Source: Escherichia coli
GTDB taxonomy: Bacteria > Pseudomonadota > Gammaproteobacteria > Enterobacterales > Enterobacteriaceae
DNA length: 59,578 bases
Reading direction: 5' to 3' (one strand)
NCBI RefSeq assembly: GCF_003334255.1
Contig: NZ_QOWU01000030.1
A model generated the notes under the pieces. The model saw only the letters and a list, made by a program, of their open reading frames with translations. It ran no database searches and had not been told where the DNA came from. Both the position numbers and the translations under genes were made by a program. This document shows, in pieces, positions 1 to 12,126 of this stretch (position 1 is its first letter; each line of letters opens with the position of its first letter).

Positions 1-106
1 AGCTGATAGAAACAGAAGCCACTGGAGCACCTCAAAAACACCATCATACACTAAATCAGTAAGTTGGCAGCATCACCCTTCAGCCCATTCACCGTTAATT
101 CAATTT

Positions 107-616
107 TCACGGCGTTAATTCCTTTAAGGTGGTCGTTACTGCCAGCGTCAGCGCCGTTTTGACCATTCCGCTAAAACGCGCCTCTGACCAGACGGAGAAA
201 TCAGCGAACTTCATCGCTTTTAACGCGTCATAGAGCATCGCATTGCGGGTTATGCTATTGACGTTGCTGATAAAATCCCAGGTCATGTCATCGGCAAATC
301 CGGGCGTTTCATCCTGTTCGTTCAGGTAATGCCAGAACTGGGAAAAATGCGTGATATCGGCGTACAACCATTTATCCATTTTCCCCAACGCATAAATCAA
401 ACGCAGTGCAACATCAATATCGTCAAGCGGGCCGCTTTGGGCGAGTAACGGCTTCACTGCATATTCCACGATCTCTTCATCGTTATCGACAAACAGCGAC
501 GGCAGAAACTGGCGTATCCCCTGGAGCAAAATGGTATGCGCAGTTTTCATAAATGAAAATAAATTGTCCTGTGCATCCAGTTGCTCAAGCACATCATCTT
601 CTGTCAGCGTCGCCAT
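107..616 (-). CDS. yggD: MtlR-like regulator YggD, 169 aa
   Basis: ORF length and sequence match my memory of K-12 YggD; sits upstream of yggF in conserved order. Confidence 0.8.
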   Translation of the reverse strand: MATLTEDDVLEQLDAQDNLFSFMKTAHTILLQGIRQFLPSLFVDNDEEIVEYAVKPLLAQSGPLDDIDVALRLIYALGKMDKWLYADITHFSQFWHYLNEQDETPGFADDMTWDFISNVNSITRNAMLYDALKAMKFADFSVWSEARFSGMVKTALTLAVTTTLKELTP

Positions 617-637
617 TGGTCTTCCGATAGATCACCA

Positions 638-1603
638 TCAATGCAGGGAGTCTATTATATTACACGTTTGGTCCGCGCCGCCGATCAGTAATGTCTGCGT
701 CCGCACCCCATTCGCCGTCTGTTGGATACCGTTCACCAGCTCACCGCCCGTCACGCCCGTAGCGCTAAAGAGGATATCGTTCCCCCTCACCAGTTCATCG
801 AGCGAGTACACACGGTTAACGTCAACGCCCATTGCCTTGCAACGCTTGCGCTCCTGCTCTGCAATCTGCCGATTTTCCGTGTAATCCCCTTTAGCCTGGC
901 AAAAGTCAATCAGCTCGGCCTGCATATCCCCGCCTAATGCTTTAACGGCACAGGCAGAAATCACGCCTTCTGGCGCACCGCCGATGGTGTACATCACATC
1001 GTAAGGATTATCCTGCCAGCAGGTCAGCACGCTGGCGGCGACATCGCCATCCGGCAGGGCAAAAACCTTCACGCCCAGCTGTGTTGCTTCCTCAATCGCG
1101 GCACTCAGGCGCGGTTTATCCAGCGTAACCATGCGCAGCTTATCCAGCGGTTTGCCTAACGCTTTCGCCACGTTGCGCAGGTTGTCCGTCAGAGGCAAAG
1201 ACAGATCAATCGCGCCCGCCGCCAGCCGATTAACAACCAGCTTTTTCATATACATATCGGGCGCATGTAACAGGCTATCTCGAGGGGCGAAAGCCATGAC
1301 CGCCAGCGCATTGCTCTGCCCCATCGCCACCATCCGCGTGCCTTCAATGGGATCAACCGCGATATCGACTTCTGGCCCATCGCCTTTGCCCACCTCTTCG
1401 CCAATCCACAGCATCGGCGCATGGTCAATTTCTCCTTCGCCGATAACCACTCGTCCACGAAAAGCGACGTCGTTTAATGCCTGGCGCATCGCGGTGACCG
1501 CCAGGCCATCAATTTTATTTTTGTCGCCACATCCGGTTTGCGGCCAGGCAGCCAACGCTGCCTGTTCCGTAACGCGAAATAATGGCCACGCCAGGGACAT
1601 CAT
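638..1603 (-). CDS. yggF: Fructose-1,6-bisphosphatase class II (GlpX paralog), 321 aa
   Basis: GlpX-family sequence (…GEGEIDHAPML…, …IGGAPEGV…); synteny yggD-yggF-yggP. Confidence 0.85.
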   Translation of the reverse strand: MMSLAWPLFRVTEQAALAAWPQTGCGDKNKIDGLAVTAMRQALNDVAFRGRVVIGEGEIDHAPMLWIGEEVGKGDGPEVDIAVDPIEGTRMVAMGQSNALAVMAFAPRDSLLHAPDMYMKKLVVNRLAAGAIDLSLPLTDNLRNVAKALGKPLDKLRMVTLDKPRLSAAIEEATQLGVKVFALPDGDVAASVLTCWQDNPYDVMYTIGGAPEGVISACAVKALGGDMQAELIDFCQAKGDYTENRQIAEQERKRCKAMGVDVNRVYSLDELVRGNDILFSATGVTGGELVNGIQQTANGVRTQTLLIGGADQTCNIIDSLH

Positions 1604-2877
1604 TGCGCGGCCTCCCCGATATCAACGCCAAATTGTGCCAGCAGATATTTCTCGGCCTGTTCATTCCAGATGCCGTGCGTTTCCTCAACCAGCCGCGCCA
1701 ACTCTTTAAACAGCGGATCGGTTTTGCCTTTTTCGGCAAAATCGGCAATGGCAGTGAGCGGCATGGTCACGCCGTTATAAATGAGTTTTTTACCGCCAGG
1801 GATATCCGGCAGATTGAGCACGGTTTCTGGCACCGCATCCAGGCCACCGATATGGGTCACCATAAACGACGGCTGTAACTGCCCAGTGGCGCTAAGGGCA
1901 ATCGCCTCTTTCATGTCGTCCGTTGAACCGCCAGATGTACCGACGACGTGCGTGCTGTTGTAATGGACGTTGTAGAAATTAAACGGCACTTTGAAGTTTT
2001 TATCCGTCGGCCCGGCAAAGAAGTTCAGACAGCCATCTTCCGCCAGTAATTCATCAGCCATCTCAACGACAGCAGGCACCGCCGCATAAACAAAAATGTC
2101 ATCGAACCCGGCATCTCCTGTCAGCGCCCGCAGCATCTGGACAGGATCGCTCATCCCTTTGGTATTCACATACACCAGCTCAATGCCTTTACTGGCCGCC
2201 AGTTCCACCGGCAGCAGCTTCTGTACCTGCGCCAGACGTTTGTCGTCGATATCGACCACCACCACCCGCGACGGTTGTATGCCGCCGTTAATGGCGTAAT
2301 CGATAGCGCCAATGCCCATCGGACCTGCACACGCCAGCAGTGCAATATTGCCGCCAGGTTTGACGCCCATGCGATGCTCATAAACATATTGCGTGGTGTG
2401 ATAATTGGCATGATAAGCACCAATAATGCAGCACATAGGCTCTGCCAGCGACGCCGCAGCAAAATAAGAGCCGTGATACGGTAATACGCAGCCCAAATTA
2501 ATGGCGATTTCGGGAATAATCATATAAGTGGCATTGCCGCCAAAATATTCGTAGCTGTAGCCCGCTGAATATCCGCTTGGTAACCCCATCGCCGGTTGCA
2601 ATACAAAACGCTGGCCTTTTTTATATTTGCCAGTGAGATTTTTACCCACTTCGACAATAACCCCGGCACATTCATGCCCGGTAATGACCGGATGATTTTC
2701 TAAATCGTCGGGTACGCGTTTATGTTCACTACCGAGTAACGCCGCTTTCCAGGTCGATAAACAGACGCTGTCAGAAATTACACTCACCAGTAATTCATTA
2801 TCGGTAATTTCTGGCAGTTCAAATACGCGCAGACGGACATCCCGCTTGCCATAAATAGCAGCAACTTTGGTTTTCAT
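1600..2877 (-). CDS. yggP: Putative Zn-dependent polyol dehydrogenase, 425 aa
   Basis: MDR-family features (GHECAG, Rossmann GxGxxG); 4-nt overlap with yggF start. Confidence 0.8.
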   Translation of the reverse strand: MKTKVAAIYGKRDVRLRVFELPEITDNELLVSVISDSVCLSTWKAALLGSEHKRVPDDLENHPVITGHECAGVIVEVGKNLTGKYKKGQRFVLQPAMGLPSGYSAGYSYEYFGGNATYMIIPEIAINLGCVLPYHGSYFAAASLAEPMCCIIGAYHANYHTTQYVYEHRMGVKPGGNIALLACAGPMGIGAIDYAINGGIQPSRVVVVDIDDKRLAQVQKLLPVELAASKGIELVYVNTKGMSDPVQMLRALTGDAGFDDIFVYAAVPAVVEMADELLAEDGCLNFFAGPTDKNFKVPFNFYNVHYNSTHVVGTSGGSTDDMKEAIALSATGQLQPSFMVTHIGGLDAVPETVLNLPDIPGGKKLIYNGVTMPLTAIADFAEKGKTDPLFKELARLVEETHGIWNEQAEKYLLAQFGVDIGEAAQ

Positions 2878-2891
2878 TTTTACCTCTGTAA

Positions 2892-4280
2892 TCAGTGTTT
2901 ATGTTCGGCGGTTAATTGATTAAATAAAGTGTCGAGTTTTGGATCGCCAATATAGTTATTAATCAATATCAGTGGTTTATCCGTCACACGTTTCACGCGC
3001 CCTTCCAGACTGGCATGAGTAACGACGATATCCGCATCCGCAGGCACGTTTTCTATGGCGTAATGTTTTACTTCAATTGCCAGCCCCGCTTTTTCCAGGC
3101 GTTTACGGAAGGTGGTCGCGCCCATCGCACTGGAGCCCATCCCCGCATCGCAAACAAAGGCGATACGCTTAACCCTGCTTAACGAGAATGCACCCTCTTG
3201 TTTCATCGCCTTAACCGCATTGGCTGACTGAGCAAACTCATCTTCGCTCTCCGTTTCCACCGTTTTTTCCATCTTCAGTATCAGCGAAGTAATAGCAAAG
3301 GACACCAGGGTACCTACCGTAACACCGGCAATTGTCGCCAGGAACGAGCCTTTCGGCGTCAGTGCCAGGTAAGCAAAGATAGACCCCGGACTTGGGCCAG
3401 CCACCAGACCACCGTCCAGTAAGTTAAACATCCAGGTGCCAGACATACCGCCCGCAATCATGGCAATAATGGTCAGCGGCTTCATCAGCACATACGGGAA
3501 ATACAGTTCGTGGATCCCACCGAGGAAGTGAATAATCATCGCCCCGGGCGCAGAACGTTTACTCATCCCTTTACCAAACAAGGTAAACGCCAGCAGCAGC
3601 CCCAGGCCCGGACCTGGGTTAGAGGCCACCATAAAGAAGATGGATTTACCGTTAACCGAAGCCTGTTGCATTCCCAGCGGATAATAGACGCCCTGATCGA
3701 TCGCATTATTGAGGAAAAGCACTTTCGCCGGTTCATTGATGACTGACAACAATGGCAGATAACCCGCATGTACCAGCGCCTCAATACACTCTTTGACGAA
3801 AGTATTGGCAATTAACACCGCCGGGCCGATAACTTCAAAACCCAGCAGACAAAGGAGCATCCCCGCGATACCTAATGAGAAGTTATTGATAACCATCTCA
3901 AAACCGGCAGGTATGCGTTTTTCCAGTGCCTTATCGACATATTTTATGACCAACCCACCGAGCGGCCCCATGATCATTGAGCCAAGGAACATCGGGATCT
4001 CTGCGCCAACGATCACACCAATAGTACCTATTCCGCCCATGACCGCCCCGCGTTTACCGCCGACCAGATGACCACCTGTAGAACCAATCATCACGGGCAA
4101 TAAATAGGTAATCATCGGGCCGACAATTTTGGCGAAATGTTCGTTAGGCAGCCAACCGGTGGGAATAAATAACGCAGTAATAAAACCCCAGGCAATAAAA
4201 GCACCAATATTGGGGATGACCATTGCAGTCAAAAAGCCCCCAAAAGCCTGGACCTTTGCACGAGCAGACTTGTTTTCCAT
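2892..4280 (-). CDS. cmtA: PTS mannitol-type EIICB component (cryptic), 462 aa
   Basis: Polytopic membrane domain plus C-terminal EIIB region; position between yggP and cmtB. Confidence 0.85.
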   Translation of the reverse strand: MENKSARAKVQAFGGFLTAMVIPNIGAFIAWGFITALFIPTGWLPNEHFAKIVGPMITYLLPVMIGSTGGHLVGGKRGAVMGGIGTIGVIVGAEIPMFLGSMIMGPLGGLVIKYVDKALEKRIPAGFEMVINNFSLGIAGMLLCLLGFEVIGPAVLIANTFVKECIEALVHAGYLPLLSVINEPAKVLFLNNAIDQGVYYPLGMQQASVNGKSIFFMVASNPGPGLGLLLAFTLFGKGMSKRSAPGAMIIHFLGGIHELYFPYVLMKPLTIIAMIAGGMSGTWMFNLLDGGLVAGPSPGSIFAYLALTPKGSFLATIAGVTVGTLVSFAITSLILKMEKTVETESEDEFAQSANAVKAMKQEGAFSLSRVKRIAFVCDAGMGSSAMGATTFRKRLEKAGLAIEVKHYAIENVPADADIVVTHASLEGRVKRVTDKPLILINNYIGDPKLDTLFNQLTAEHKH

Positions 4281-4307
4281 AATATTATCCTGTAGAGGAG
4301 AGAGTAA

Positions 4308-4751
4308 TTATCCGCGGCTGATAATGTCCGCTAATTGTTTTTCTGATGATGCTGTTAAGAGTTGTTCGAGTATTTCTTCTTCGCACAGTAATTCACTTAA
4401 CGCCTGAATAGCGCCAATGTGCGAATCGGCATCGGCAGCAGAGAGTCCGATGAGTAATTTAATTGGTTCGTCATTCCCCGGAAAATAAACACCTTGTTCA
4501 AGTAATGTCAAAGACATCCCGGTTTTAAGCGCCCCACATTCCGGTCGCGCATGAGGCATTGCCACGCCTGGTGCGAGAATATAATAAGGGCCATTGTTAA
4601 TGGTGGAATCTTTAATTGCCTGAATGTAATTCTCGCTGATATAGTTTTTATCCAGCAATGATACCATCGAGAAATCGATAGCTTCCTGCCAATCTTTTGC
4701 TGAATGTATAACTGAGATTGATGATTCTGGAAAATAATCACTAAGCCGCAT
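4308..4751 (-). CDS. cmtB: PTS mannitol-type EIIA component, 147 aa
   Basis: EIIA(Mtl)-like sequence; immediately upstream of cmtA on same strand. Confidence 0.85.
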   Translation of the reverse strand: MRLSDYFPESSISVIHSAKDWQEAIDFSMVSLLDKNYISENYIQAIKDSTINNGPYYILAPGVAMPHARPECGALKTGMSLTLLEQGVYFPGNDEPIKLLIGLSAADADSHIGAIQALSELLCEEEILEQLLTASSEKQLADIISRG

Positions 4752-5033
4752 AAATTATCCTTATTTTATTTTTAGGGTACCGTCCGGCGGTAAAAATAAA
4801 ATACTCGTGCGGTTTAATGAAAGCAATTGAGCAGGGAAACCGGTGTTTTGAAAACAGTGAATTATTAATTTCTTATATAACATTGAGTTATAGATATAAC
4901 AACAAATGTCAATACGCATATCGTGATGCATATTACATAATTGATATTTATTGCATATAAATATTTGTGATCTACAACACGCCTTATCTATTGCTTGTCC
5001 GCAAACGGACATATCAAGGTAATAAAAAAGGTC

Positions 5034-5060
5034 GCCGAAGCGACCTTTTTACCCGAAATG
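5034..5060 (-). terminator. Intrinsic terminator downstream of tktA (hairpin ggtcgc/gcgacc flanked by A-run and T-run, bidirectional)
   Basis: aaaaaaggtcgccgaagcgaccttttt read directly; 5 nt beyond tktA stop. Confidence 0.7.
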
Positions 5061-5064
5061 CTAA

Positions 5065-7056
5065 TTACAGCAGTTCTTTTGCTTTCGCAACAACGTTATC
5101 AACAGTGAAGCCGAACTCTTCAAACAGCAGCTCTGCCGGAGCAGATTCACCGAAGGTGGTCATACCGACGATAGCACCGTTCAGGCCAACATACTTGTAC
5201 CAGTAGTCAGCAATACCCGCTTCTACAGCAACGCGTGCAGTAACCGCTTTCGGCAGTACGGATTCACGGTAAGCAGCATCCTGCTTGTCAAATGCGTCGG
5301 TAGACGGCATGGACACCACGCGCGCTTTCACGCCTTCGGCAGTCAGTTTTTCGTAGGCAGCAACAGCCAGTTCAACTTCTGAACCGGTAGCGATGAAAAT
5401 CAGTTCCGGCTGACCGGCGCAGTCTTTCAGCACATAACCACCGCGCGCGATGTTTGCCAGTTGCTCTTCAGTTCGTTCCTGCTGCGCCAGGTTCTGACGG
5501 GAGAGGATCAGTGCGGTCGGGCCGTCCTGACGCTCAACACCGTATTTCCACGCGACCGCGGATTCAACCTGGTCACACGGACGCCATGTAGACATGTTCG
5601 GGGTTACGCGCAGAGAAGCGACCTGCTCAACCGGCTGGTGAGTCGGGCCGTCTTCGCCCAGACCGATGGAGTCGTGGGTGTAAACCATCACCTGACGCTG
5701 TTTCATCAGCGCAGCCATACGTACGGCGTTACGTGCGTATTCCACGAACATCAGGAAGGTGGAGGTGTACGGCAGGAAGCCACCGTGCAGGGAGATACCG
5801 TTAGCAATCGCGGTCATACCGAACTCGCGAACACCGTAGTGGATGTAGTTACCCGCAGCATCTTCGTTGATTGCTTTAGAACCAGACCACAGGGTCAGGT
5901 TAGACGGCGCCAGGTCAGCAGAACCGCCGAGGAATTCCGGCAACAGCGGACCGAACGCTTCGATAGCATTCTGAGACGCTTTACGGCTGGCGATTTTCGC
6001 CGGATTAGCCTGCAGTTTAGCGATGAACTCTTTCGCTTTAGCGTCGAAGTCAGACGGCATTTCGCCTTTCATACGGCGGGTAAATTCAGCGGCTTCCTGC
6101 GGATAAGCTTTCGCGTAAGCAGCGAATTTCTCGTTCCATGCGGATTCTTTCGCCTGGCCTGCTTCTTTCGCATCCCACTGAGCATAGATTTCAGACGGGA
6201 TTTCGAACGGCGCATATTTCCAGCCCAGTTGTTCGCGGGTCAGGGCAATTTCAGCGTCGCCCAGCGGCGCACCGTGGGAGTCGTGGGTACCGGCTTTGTT
6301 CGGGGAACCGAAACCGATGATGGTTTTGCACATCAGCAGGGAAGGTTTGTCAGTCACTGCGCGCGCTTCTTCTACTGCGCGTTTGATAGATGCCGCGTCA
6401 TGACCGTCGATGTCGCGAATAACGTGCCAGCCGTAAGCTTCGAAACGCATTGCGGTGTCGTCGGTGAACCAGCCTTCAACGTGACCATCGATAGAAATAC
6501 CGTTGTCATCGTAGAATGCAATCAGTTTACCCAGCTTCAGCGTACCCGCCAGAGAGCAAACTTCGTGGGAGATGCCTTCCATCATGCAGCCGTCGCCCAT
6601 GAAGGCGTAGGTGTAGTGGTCGACAATGTCGTGGCCCGGACGGTTAAACTGCGCCGCCAGCGTTTTTTCTGCAATCGCCATACCGACTGCGTTGGCAATA
6701 CCCTGACCCAGCGGACCGGTGGTGGTTTCCACACCAGCGGTGTAACCCACTTCCGGGTGACCCGGAGTTTTAGAGTGCAGCTGACGGAAGTTTTTCAGTT
6801 CTTCCATCGGCAGATCGTAACCGGTGAGGTGCAGCAGGCTGTAGATCAGCATGGAGCCGTGGCCGTTGGACAGCACGAAGCGGTCACGGTCAGCCCAGGA
6901 CGGATTCTGCGGGTTGTGTTTCAGGAAATCACGCCACAGGACTTCGGCAATGTCAGCCATACCCATAGGGGCACCCGGGTGACCGGATTTGGCTTTCTGT
7001 ACTGCGTCCATGCTCAGCGCACGAATAGCATTGGCAAGCTCTTTACGTGAGGACAT
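5065..7056 (-). CDS. tktA: Transketolase 1, 663 aa
   Basis: Full-length transketolase; track ORF (673 aa) over-extended, true start [12 protein letters not shown] at 7056. Confidence 0.95.
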   Translation of the reverse strand: MSSRKELANAIRALSMDAVQKAKSGHPGAPMGMADIAEVLWRDFLKHNPQNPSWADRDRFVLSNGHGSMLIYSLLHLTGYDLPMEELKNFRQLHSKTPGHPEVGYTAGVETTTGPLGQGIANAVGMAIAEKTLAAQFNRPGHDIVDHYTYAFMGDGCMMEGISHEVCSLAGTLKLGKLIAFYDDNGISIDGHVEGWFTDDTAMRFEAYGWHVIRDIDGHDAASIKRAVEEARAVTDKPSLLMCKTIIGFGSPNKAGTHDSHGAPLGDAEIALTREQLGWKYAPFEIPSEIYAQWDAKEAGQAKESAWNEKFAAYAKAYPQEAAEFTRRMKGEMPSDFDAKAKEFIAKLQANPAKIASRKASQNAIEAFGPLLPEFLGGSADLAPSNLTLWSGSKAINEDAAGNYIHYGVREFGMTAIANGISLHGGFLPYTSTFLMFVEYARNAVRMAALMKQRQVMVYTHDSIGLGEDGPTHQPVEQVASLRVTPNMSTWRPCDQVESAVAWKYGVERQDGPTALILSRQNLAQQERTEEQLANIARGGYVLKDCAGQPELIFIATGSEVELAVAAYEKLTAEGVKARVVSMPSTDAFDKQDAAYRESVLPKAVTARVAVEAGIADYWYKYVGLNGAIVGMTTFGESAPAELLFEEFGFTVDNVVAKAKELL

Positions 7057-7333
7057 TTTGACTCCAGATCGGATGATGAAGGGCACGCCCTTAACGACTT
7101 GACGACAGCGCGTTTTGGGCTACGCCGGAAAATTTGCCAACAATTTACCGCAAGCCGCGCGTCATGTACATGGAACATCCTTTTGCCGCTTCAGAAATCT
7201 CTGGATCATGCTCGCATGTTGCGCAATCTACTCGCCCGTCCGCTGCGCTTTTCCTTATACTGAGACTGAGCGTCGATTCACCTGCAAACGGCGCATTTTT
7301 AGAATAATCCTGACCTTGTGCGGAAGAGAAAAC

Positions 7334-8092
7334 ATGAAAATTCGCGCCTTATTGGTAGCAATGAGCGTGGCAACGGTACTGACTGGTTGCCAGAATATGG
7401 ACTCCAACGGACTGCTCTCATCAGGAGCGGAAGCTTTTCAGGCTTACAGTTTGAGTGATGCGCAGGTGAAAACCCTGAGCGATCAGGCATGTCAGGAGAT
7501 GGACAGCAAGGCGACGATTGCGCCAGCCAATAGCGAATACGCTAAACGTCTGACAACTATTGCCAATGCGCTAGGCAACAATATCAACGGTCAGCCGGTA
7601 AATTACAAAGTGTATATGGCGAAGGATGTGAACGCCTTTGCAATGGCTAACGGCTGTATCCGCGTCTATAGCGGGCTGATGGATATGATGACGGATAATG
7701 AAGTCGAAGCGGTGATCGGTCACGAAATGGGGCACGTGGCGTTAGGCCATGTGAAAAAAGGAATGCAGGTGGCACTTGGTACAAATGCCGTGCGAGTAGC
7801 TGCGGCCTCTGCGGGCGGGATTGTCGGAAGTTTATCTCAATCACAACTTGGTAATCTGGGCGAGAAATTAGTCAATTCGCAATTCTCCCAGCGCCAGGAA
7901 GCAGAAGCCGATGATTATTCTTACGATCTTCTGCGCCAACGCGGCATCAGCCCGGCAGGTCTTGCCACCAGCTTTGAAAAACTGGCAAAACTGGAAGAAG
8001 GTCGCCAAAGCTCAATGTTTGACGACCATCCTGCATCCGCCGAACGCGCCCAGCATATTCGCGATCGCATGAGCGCGGATGGGATTAAGTAA
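7334..8092 (+). CDS. loiP: Metalloprotease LoiP (YggG), M48 family, 252 aa
   Basis: HEMGH zinc motif, lipoprotein signal (LTGCQ); track ORF over-extended, start MKIRALLVAM at 7334. Confidence 0.9.
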   Translation: MKIRALLVAMSVATVLTGCQNMDSNGLLSSGAEAFQAYSLSDAQVKTLSDQACQEMDSKATIAPANSEYAKRLTTIANALGNNINGQPVNYKVYMAKDVNAFAMANGCIRVYSGLMDMMTDNEVEAVIGHEMGHVALGHVKKGMQVALGTNAVRVAAASAGGIVGSLSQSQLGNLGEKLVNSQFSQRQEAEADDYSYDLLRQRGISPAGLATSFEKLAKLEEGRQSSMFDDHPASAERAQHIRDRMSADGIK

Positions 8093-8099
8093 AGCCTGG

Positions 8100-8290
<191 letters not shown>

Positions 8291-8297
8291 CTGGTGC

Positions 8298-9218
8298 TTA
8301 CTCGCCCTTTTTCGCCGCCTGAATATACAGCATTTCCAGCGCCAGCGTTGCCGCTGCCAGAGCAGTGATTTCCGACTGATCGTATGCCGGAGCCACTTCC
8401 ACTACGTCCATCCCAACAATGTTGAGATCTTTCAGGCCGCGTACCAGTTTAATAGCGCGATCGGAGGTCAGGCCGCCAATCACTGGCGTACCGGTGCCTG
8501 GTGCAAAAGCAGGATCCAGGCAGTCGATATCAAAAGTCAGGTAAACCGGCATATCACCCACAATCTGTTTCACTTGGGCGATAACGTCATCCACGCTGCG
8601 ATCGTTCACCTGGCAGGCGTCCAGCACGGTAAAGCCGTTGTCTTTATCAAACTCGGTACGAATACCAATCTGCACGGAATGATTCGGGTCGATCAGACCT
8701 TCTTTCGGCGCGGTATAGAACATAGTGCCGTGGTCAAATTCACAACCGTTCGCATAGGTATCGGTGTGGGCGTCAAAGTGTACCAGCGCCATTTTGCCGA
8801 AATGCTTCGCATGAGCACGCAGCAGCGGCAGCGTAACAAAGTGGTCACCACCGAAAGAGAGCATACGCTTACCGGCAGCCAGCAGCTTCTCGGCGTGCGC
8901 CTGCAGCTTTTCGCTCATCTCACGGGCATCGCCAAAGGCATATACCAGATCGCCGCAGTCCACGACGTTCAGACGCTCACGCATGTCGAAATTCCACGGG
9001 AAGCGGTTGTGTTCCCAGGCCAGATTCGTCGAAACCTGACGGATCGCTGCCGGACCGTGGCGACCACCCGCACGACCAGAAGTGGCCATATCGAACGGCA
9101 CGCCAGTAATCACCCAGTCTGCATCGCTGTCATACGGCTGGAAGTTCATCGGCAGGCGTAAAAAACCAAAGGCATTGGAAACCAGTGAGTTATCGTATTG
9201 ATGACCTAAGGTGCTCAT
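8298..9218 (-). CDS. speB: Agmatinase, 306 aa
   Basis: Arginase-family sequence; downstream of speA on same strand. Confidence 0.95.
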   Translation of the reverse strand: MSTLGHQYDNSLVSNAFGFLRLPMNFQPYDSDADWVITGVPFDMATSGRAGGRHGPAAIRQVSTNLAWEHNRFPWNFDMRERLNVVDCGDLVYAFGDAREMSEKLQAHAEKLLAAGKRMLSFGGDHFVTLPLLRAHAKHFGKMALVHFDAHTDTYANGCEFDHGTMFYTAPKEGLIDPNHSVQIGIRTEFDKDNGFTVLDACQVNDRSVDDVIAQVKQIVGDMPVYLTFDIDCLDPAFAPGTGTPVIGGLTSDRAIKLVRGLKDLNIVGMDVVEVAPAYDQSEITALAAATLALEMLYIQAAKKGE

Positions 9219-9246
9219 GGATGGACTCCTATTACAAAGTCGATAT

Positions 9247-9286
9247 AAAAAAACCCTTCCGCGTCGTTAGGCCCGACGAGGAAGGG
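9247..9286 (-). terminator. Intrinsic terminator/attenuator between speA and speB
   Basis: Stem cccttcc…ggaaggg followed on the minus strand by a U-run (plus-strand aaaaaaa 9247-9253). Confidence 0.6.
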
Positions 9287-9355
9287 TTGGATTTGTCACA
9301 ATAAATTGTGGCGGATTATCACCGCTAAATTAAGCGGATTCAAGTAACACAGGAC

Positions 9356-11332
9356 TTACTCATCTTCAAGATAAGTATAACCGTACAAACCTGCCTCGAA
9401 CTCTTCAAGGAACTGTTGTTGCAGTTCAGCATCAAGATCGGTTTTCTTCACTTGATCGCGGAACTGGGTTAACAGCGTTTTCGGATCGAGCTGTACATAT
9501 TGCAGCATGTCCGCCACGGTATCGCCTTCGTCAGACAGTTCTACTTCTACGCTACCGTCAGGGAAGACGAACACGTCAACCGCTTCGGTATCACCGAACA
9601 GGTTGTGCATGTTGCCGAGGATCTCCTGATATGCGCCGACCATAAAGAAACCGAGCATCGGCGGATTCTCTGGATCGTACTCCGGCATTGGCATTGTCGT
9701 GGCAATACCGTCACCATCAATATAGTGGTCGATAGCACCGTCAGAGTCACAGGTAATATCCAGCAGCACAGCGCGACGTTCCGGCACTTGATCCAGCCCT
9801 TCCAGCGGCAGAACCGGGAACAACTGGTCGATCCCCCATGCGTCCGGCATCGACTGGAACAGCGAGAAGTTGACGTACATTTTGTCCGCCATACGTTCCT
9901 GCAGCTCGTCGATAATCGGACGATGAGCACGGTTTTGCGGATCCAGCTGCTTTTGCACTTCATGGCACATGCTCAAATAAAGCTGCTCAGCCCATGCACG
10001 TTCTTGCAGGCTAAAGATGCCGGAAGAGTAGCCGATATGAATGTCGTGCAGATCCATCTGACTGTCGTGTAACCATTCACGCAGAGAACGGCGAGTTCCC
10101 GGTTCGTGCATCTCCTGCCAGGTTTCCCACATGCTTTGCAGCGCGCGCGGCGCATCTTCTGCAGGCGCGGTCGGCACCGTGTATTCGTTACGTTCCACGC
10201 CGATGATATTAGACACCAGCACGGTGTGATGCGCAGTCACCGCACGACCCGATTCGGTGATTACCGTCGGATGCGGCAGACCGTTTTCTTCACACGCATC
10301 GCCAATCGCCCAGATAATGTTGTTGGCGTATTCATTGAGGCCGTAGTTCACCGAACAGTCGGACTGCGAACGAGTACCTTCATAATCCACGCCCAGACCG
10401 CCGCCGACGTCGAAGCACTGAATATTGACGCCCAGCTTGTGCAGTTCCACATAGAAACGCGCGGATTCACGAACGCCTGTCGCGATATCGCGAATATTCG
10501 CCATCTGCGAACCGAGGTGGAAGTGCAGTAGTTGCAGGCTGTCGAGACGCCCGGCTTCACGCAGGGTTTCAACCAGTTGCAGTACCTGAGTCGCAGCCAG
10601 GCCGAACTTCGATTTTTCCCCGCCGGAGGACTGCCATTTACCCGAACCCTGCGAAGCCAGACGTGCACGCACGCCCAGACGAGGAACGACATTCAGACGT
10701 TCTGCTTCATCCAGCACAATGGCGATTTCTGACATCTTCTCAATGACCAGATAGACCTTGTGCCCCATCTTCTCGCCAATTAATGCCAGGCGGATATATT
10801 CGCGGTCTTTATAACCGTTGCAGACGATGACGCTACGGGTCATGCCAGCATGTGCCAGTACTGCCATCAACTCGGCTTTGGAACCGGCTTCCAGACCCAG
10901 CGGTTCGCCCGAATGAATCAGGGACTCAATCACGCGGCGGTGCTGGTTAACTTTGATCGGATAAACAAGGAAGTAATCGCCGTTATAGCCGTAGGATTCC
11001 CTCGCACGTTTGAACGCGGCGTTAATGGAACGCAAACGGTGCTGCAGGATCTGTGGGAAACAGAACAGTGCAGGCAGACGCTGGCCCTGTGCTTCACGAG
11101 TTTTCACTAACTGCGCGAGATCGACGCGAGCTTCCGGGACGTCCGGGTCCGGGCACACGCTAATGTGGCCCAGCTCGTTAACGTCATAGTAGTTATTGCC
11201 CCACCAGGCAATATTGTAAGTACGCAGCATCTTGCTGGCTTCCTGGGAGCTCATTGCAACCTCCTGCATGGAGCGTAGTACACCGTGTTCGCCCGCTGAC
11301 GAAGGCAAACCCATAGACATGTCGTCAGACAT
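9356..11332 (-). CDS. speA: Biosynthetic arginine decarboxylase, 658 aa
   Basis: Full-length PLP decarboxylase; track ORF over-extended by 4 codons, start [12 protein letters not shown] at 11332. Confidence 0.95.
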   Translation of the reverse strand: MSDDMSMGLPSSAGEHGVLRSMQEVAMSSQEASKMLRTYNIAWWGNNYYDVNELGHISVCPDPDVPEARVDLAQLVKTREAQGQRLPALFCFPQILQHRLRSINAAFKRARESYGYNGDYFLVYPIKVNQHRRVIESLIHSGEPLGLEAGSKAELMAVLAHAGMTRSVIVCNGYKDREYIRLALIGEKMGHKVYLVIEKMSEIAIVLDEAERLNVVPRLGVRARLASQGSGKWQSSGGEKSKFGLAATQVLQLVETLREAGRLDSLQLLHFHLGSQMANIRDIATGVRESARFYVELHKLGVNIQCFDVGGGLGVDYEGTRSQSDCSVNYGLNEYANNIIWAIGDACEENGLPHPTVITESGRAVTAHHTVLVSNIIGVERNEYTVPTAPAEDAPRALQSMWETWQEMHEPGTRRSLREWLHDSQMDLHDIHIGYSSGIFSLQERAWAEQLYLSMCHEVQKQLDPQNRAHRPIIDELQERMADKMYVNFSLFQSMPDAWGIDQLFPVLPLEGLDQVPERRAVLLDITCDSDGAIDHYIDGDGIATTMPMPEYDPENPPMLGFFMVGAYQEILGNMHNLFGDTEAVDVFVFPDGSVEVELSDEGDTVADMLQYVQLDPKTLLTQFRDQVKKTDLDAELQQQFLEEFEAGLYGYTYLEDE

Positions 11333-11340
11333 AGCGAACC

Positions 11341-11472
11341 TCAAATTATTTTATTAAGTGTAAAACAGTTAACGACTATCGCAGCCTGGAACTGCGATAA
11401 CAACCCATAAGCACATGGATTTTCCAGCAGTGAATGCTGACGCTCCAACTGCGCAACCGGTTTCTTTTTCAT
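11341..11472 (-). CDS. yqgB: Small protein YqgB, 43 aa
   Basis: Translated by hand: [43 protein letters not shown]; below the track's size cutoff; ends 9 nt before speA start. Confidence 0.75.
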   Translation of the reverse strand: MKKKPVAQLERQHSLLENPCAYGLLSQFQAAIVVNCFTLNKII

Positions 11473-11607
11473 AACATTATTAAGCACATAACCGAACGTA
11501 AGTGTGAAAGTTCGGCGAAACCACGAGAAAACTCTTGTTTTTACAAGAGCGCCCTTGTTCAGTCCTCAGTAACTGTAACCAGCTCTTGAATCCTGAGAAG
11601 CGCCGAG

Positions 11608-11823
11608 ATGGGTATAACATCGGCAGGTATGCAAAGCAGAGATGCAGAGTGCGGGGAACGAATCTTCACCAGAACGGTGAGACAGGTTAAGCAGCAGACA
11701 ACGGTTCATTATTTCGTATCACCTCCACGGCCGCCTGTTAAGACGAACCCACAAGCCAAAACTCTGATTTCAACCCGGCTGGAAGTGGCAACACGAAAGA
11801 AACGTCGTGTGCTTTTTATTTAA
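11608..11823 (+). CDS. yqgC: Small protein YqgC, 71 aa
   Basis: 71-aa ORF at the position K-12 annotates yqgC, between speA and metK. Confidence 0.55.
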
Positions 11824-12126
11824 GCCGCGCGCCGCGTTTTATACCCCACAATGGCAGAAAATTGCAAAAGATAAATACGCAGAATGCCGGCATTGTCAGG
11901 AAAAATTTCCAGCCACGTTTTTAACAGAATGAGACACGATTCAAAAAAAAGTGGAAATAGGGTGAAGAATTGACCTAAAATAGCCATCCAGATGTTAATC
12001 CATCCATACCGATTAACACTCAGACTGCCAGTGTTTTTAACCTGCAGAGTCGTGGTAGGATCCGCTACCACAGAAAATCCACACAACAGTTTGAGCTAAC
12101 CAAATTCTCTTTAGGTGATATTAAAT

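Noticed and set aside
5461-7050. 529-aa plus-strand ORF
   Set aside because: Lies entirely antisense to tktA; Arg/Val/Gly-rich composition typical of antisense frames in GC-rich genes; no SD or motifs
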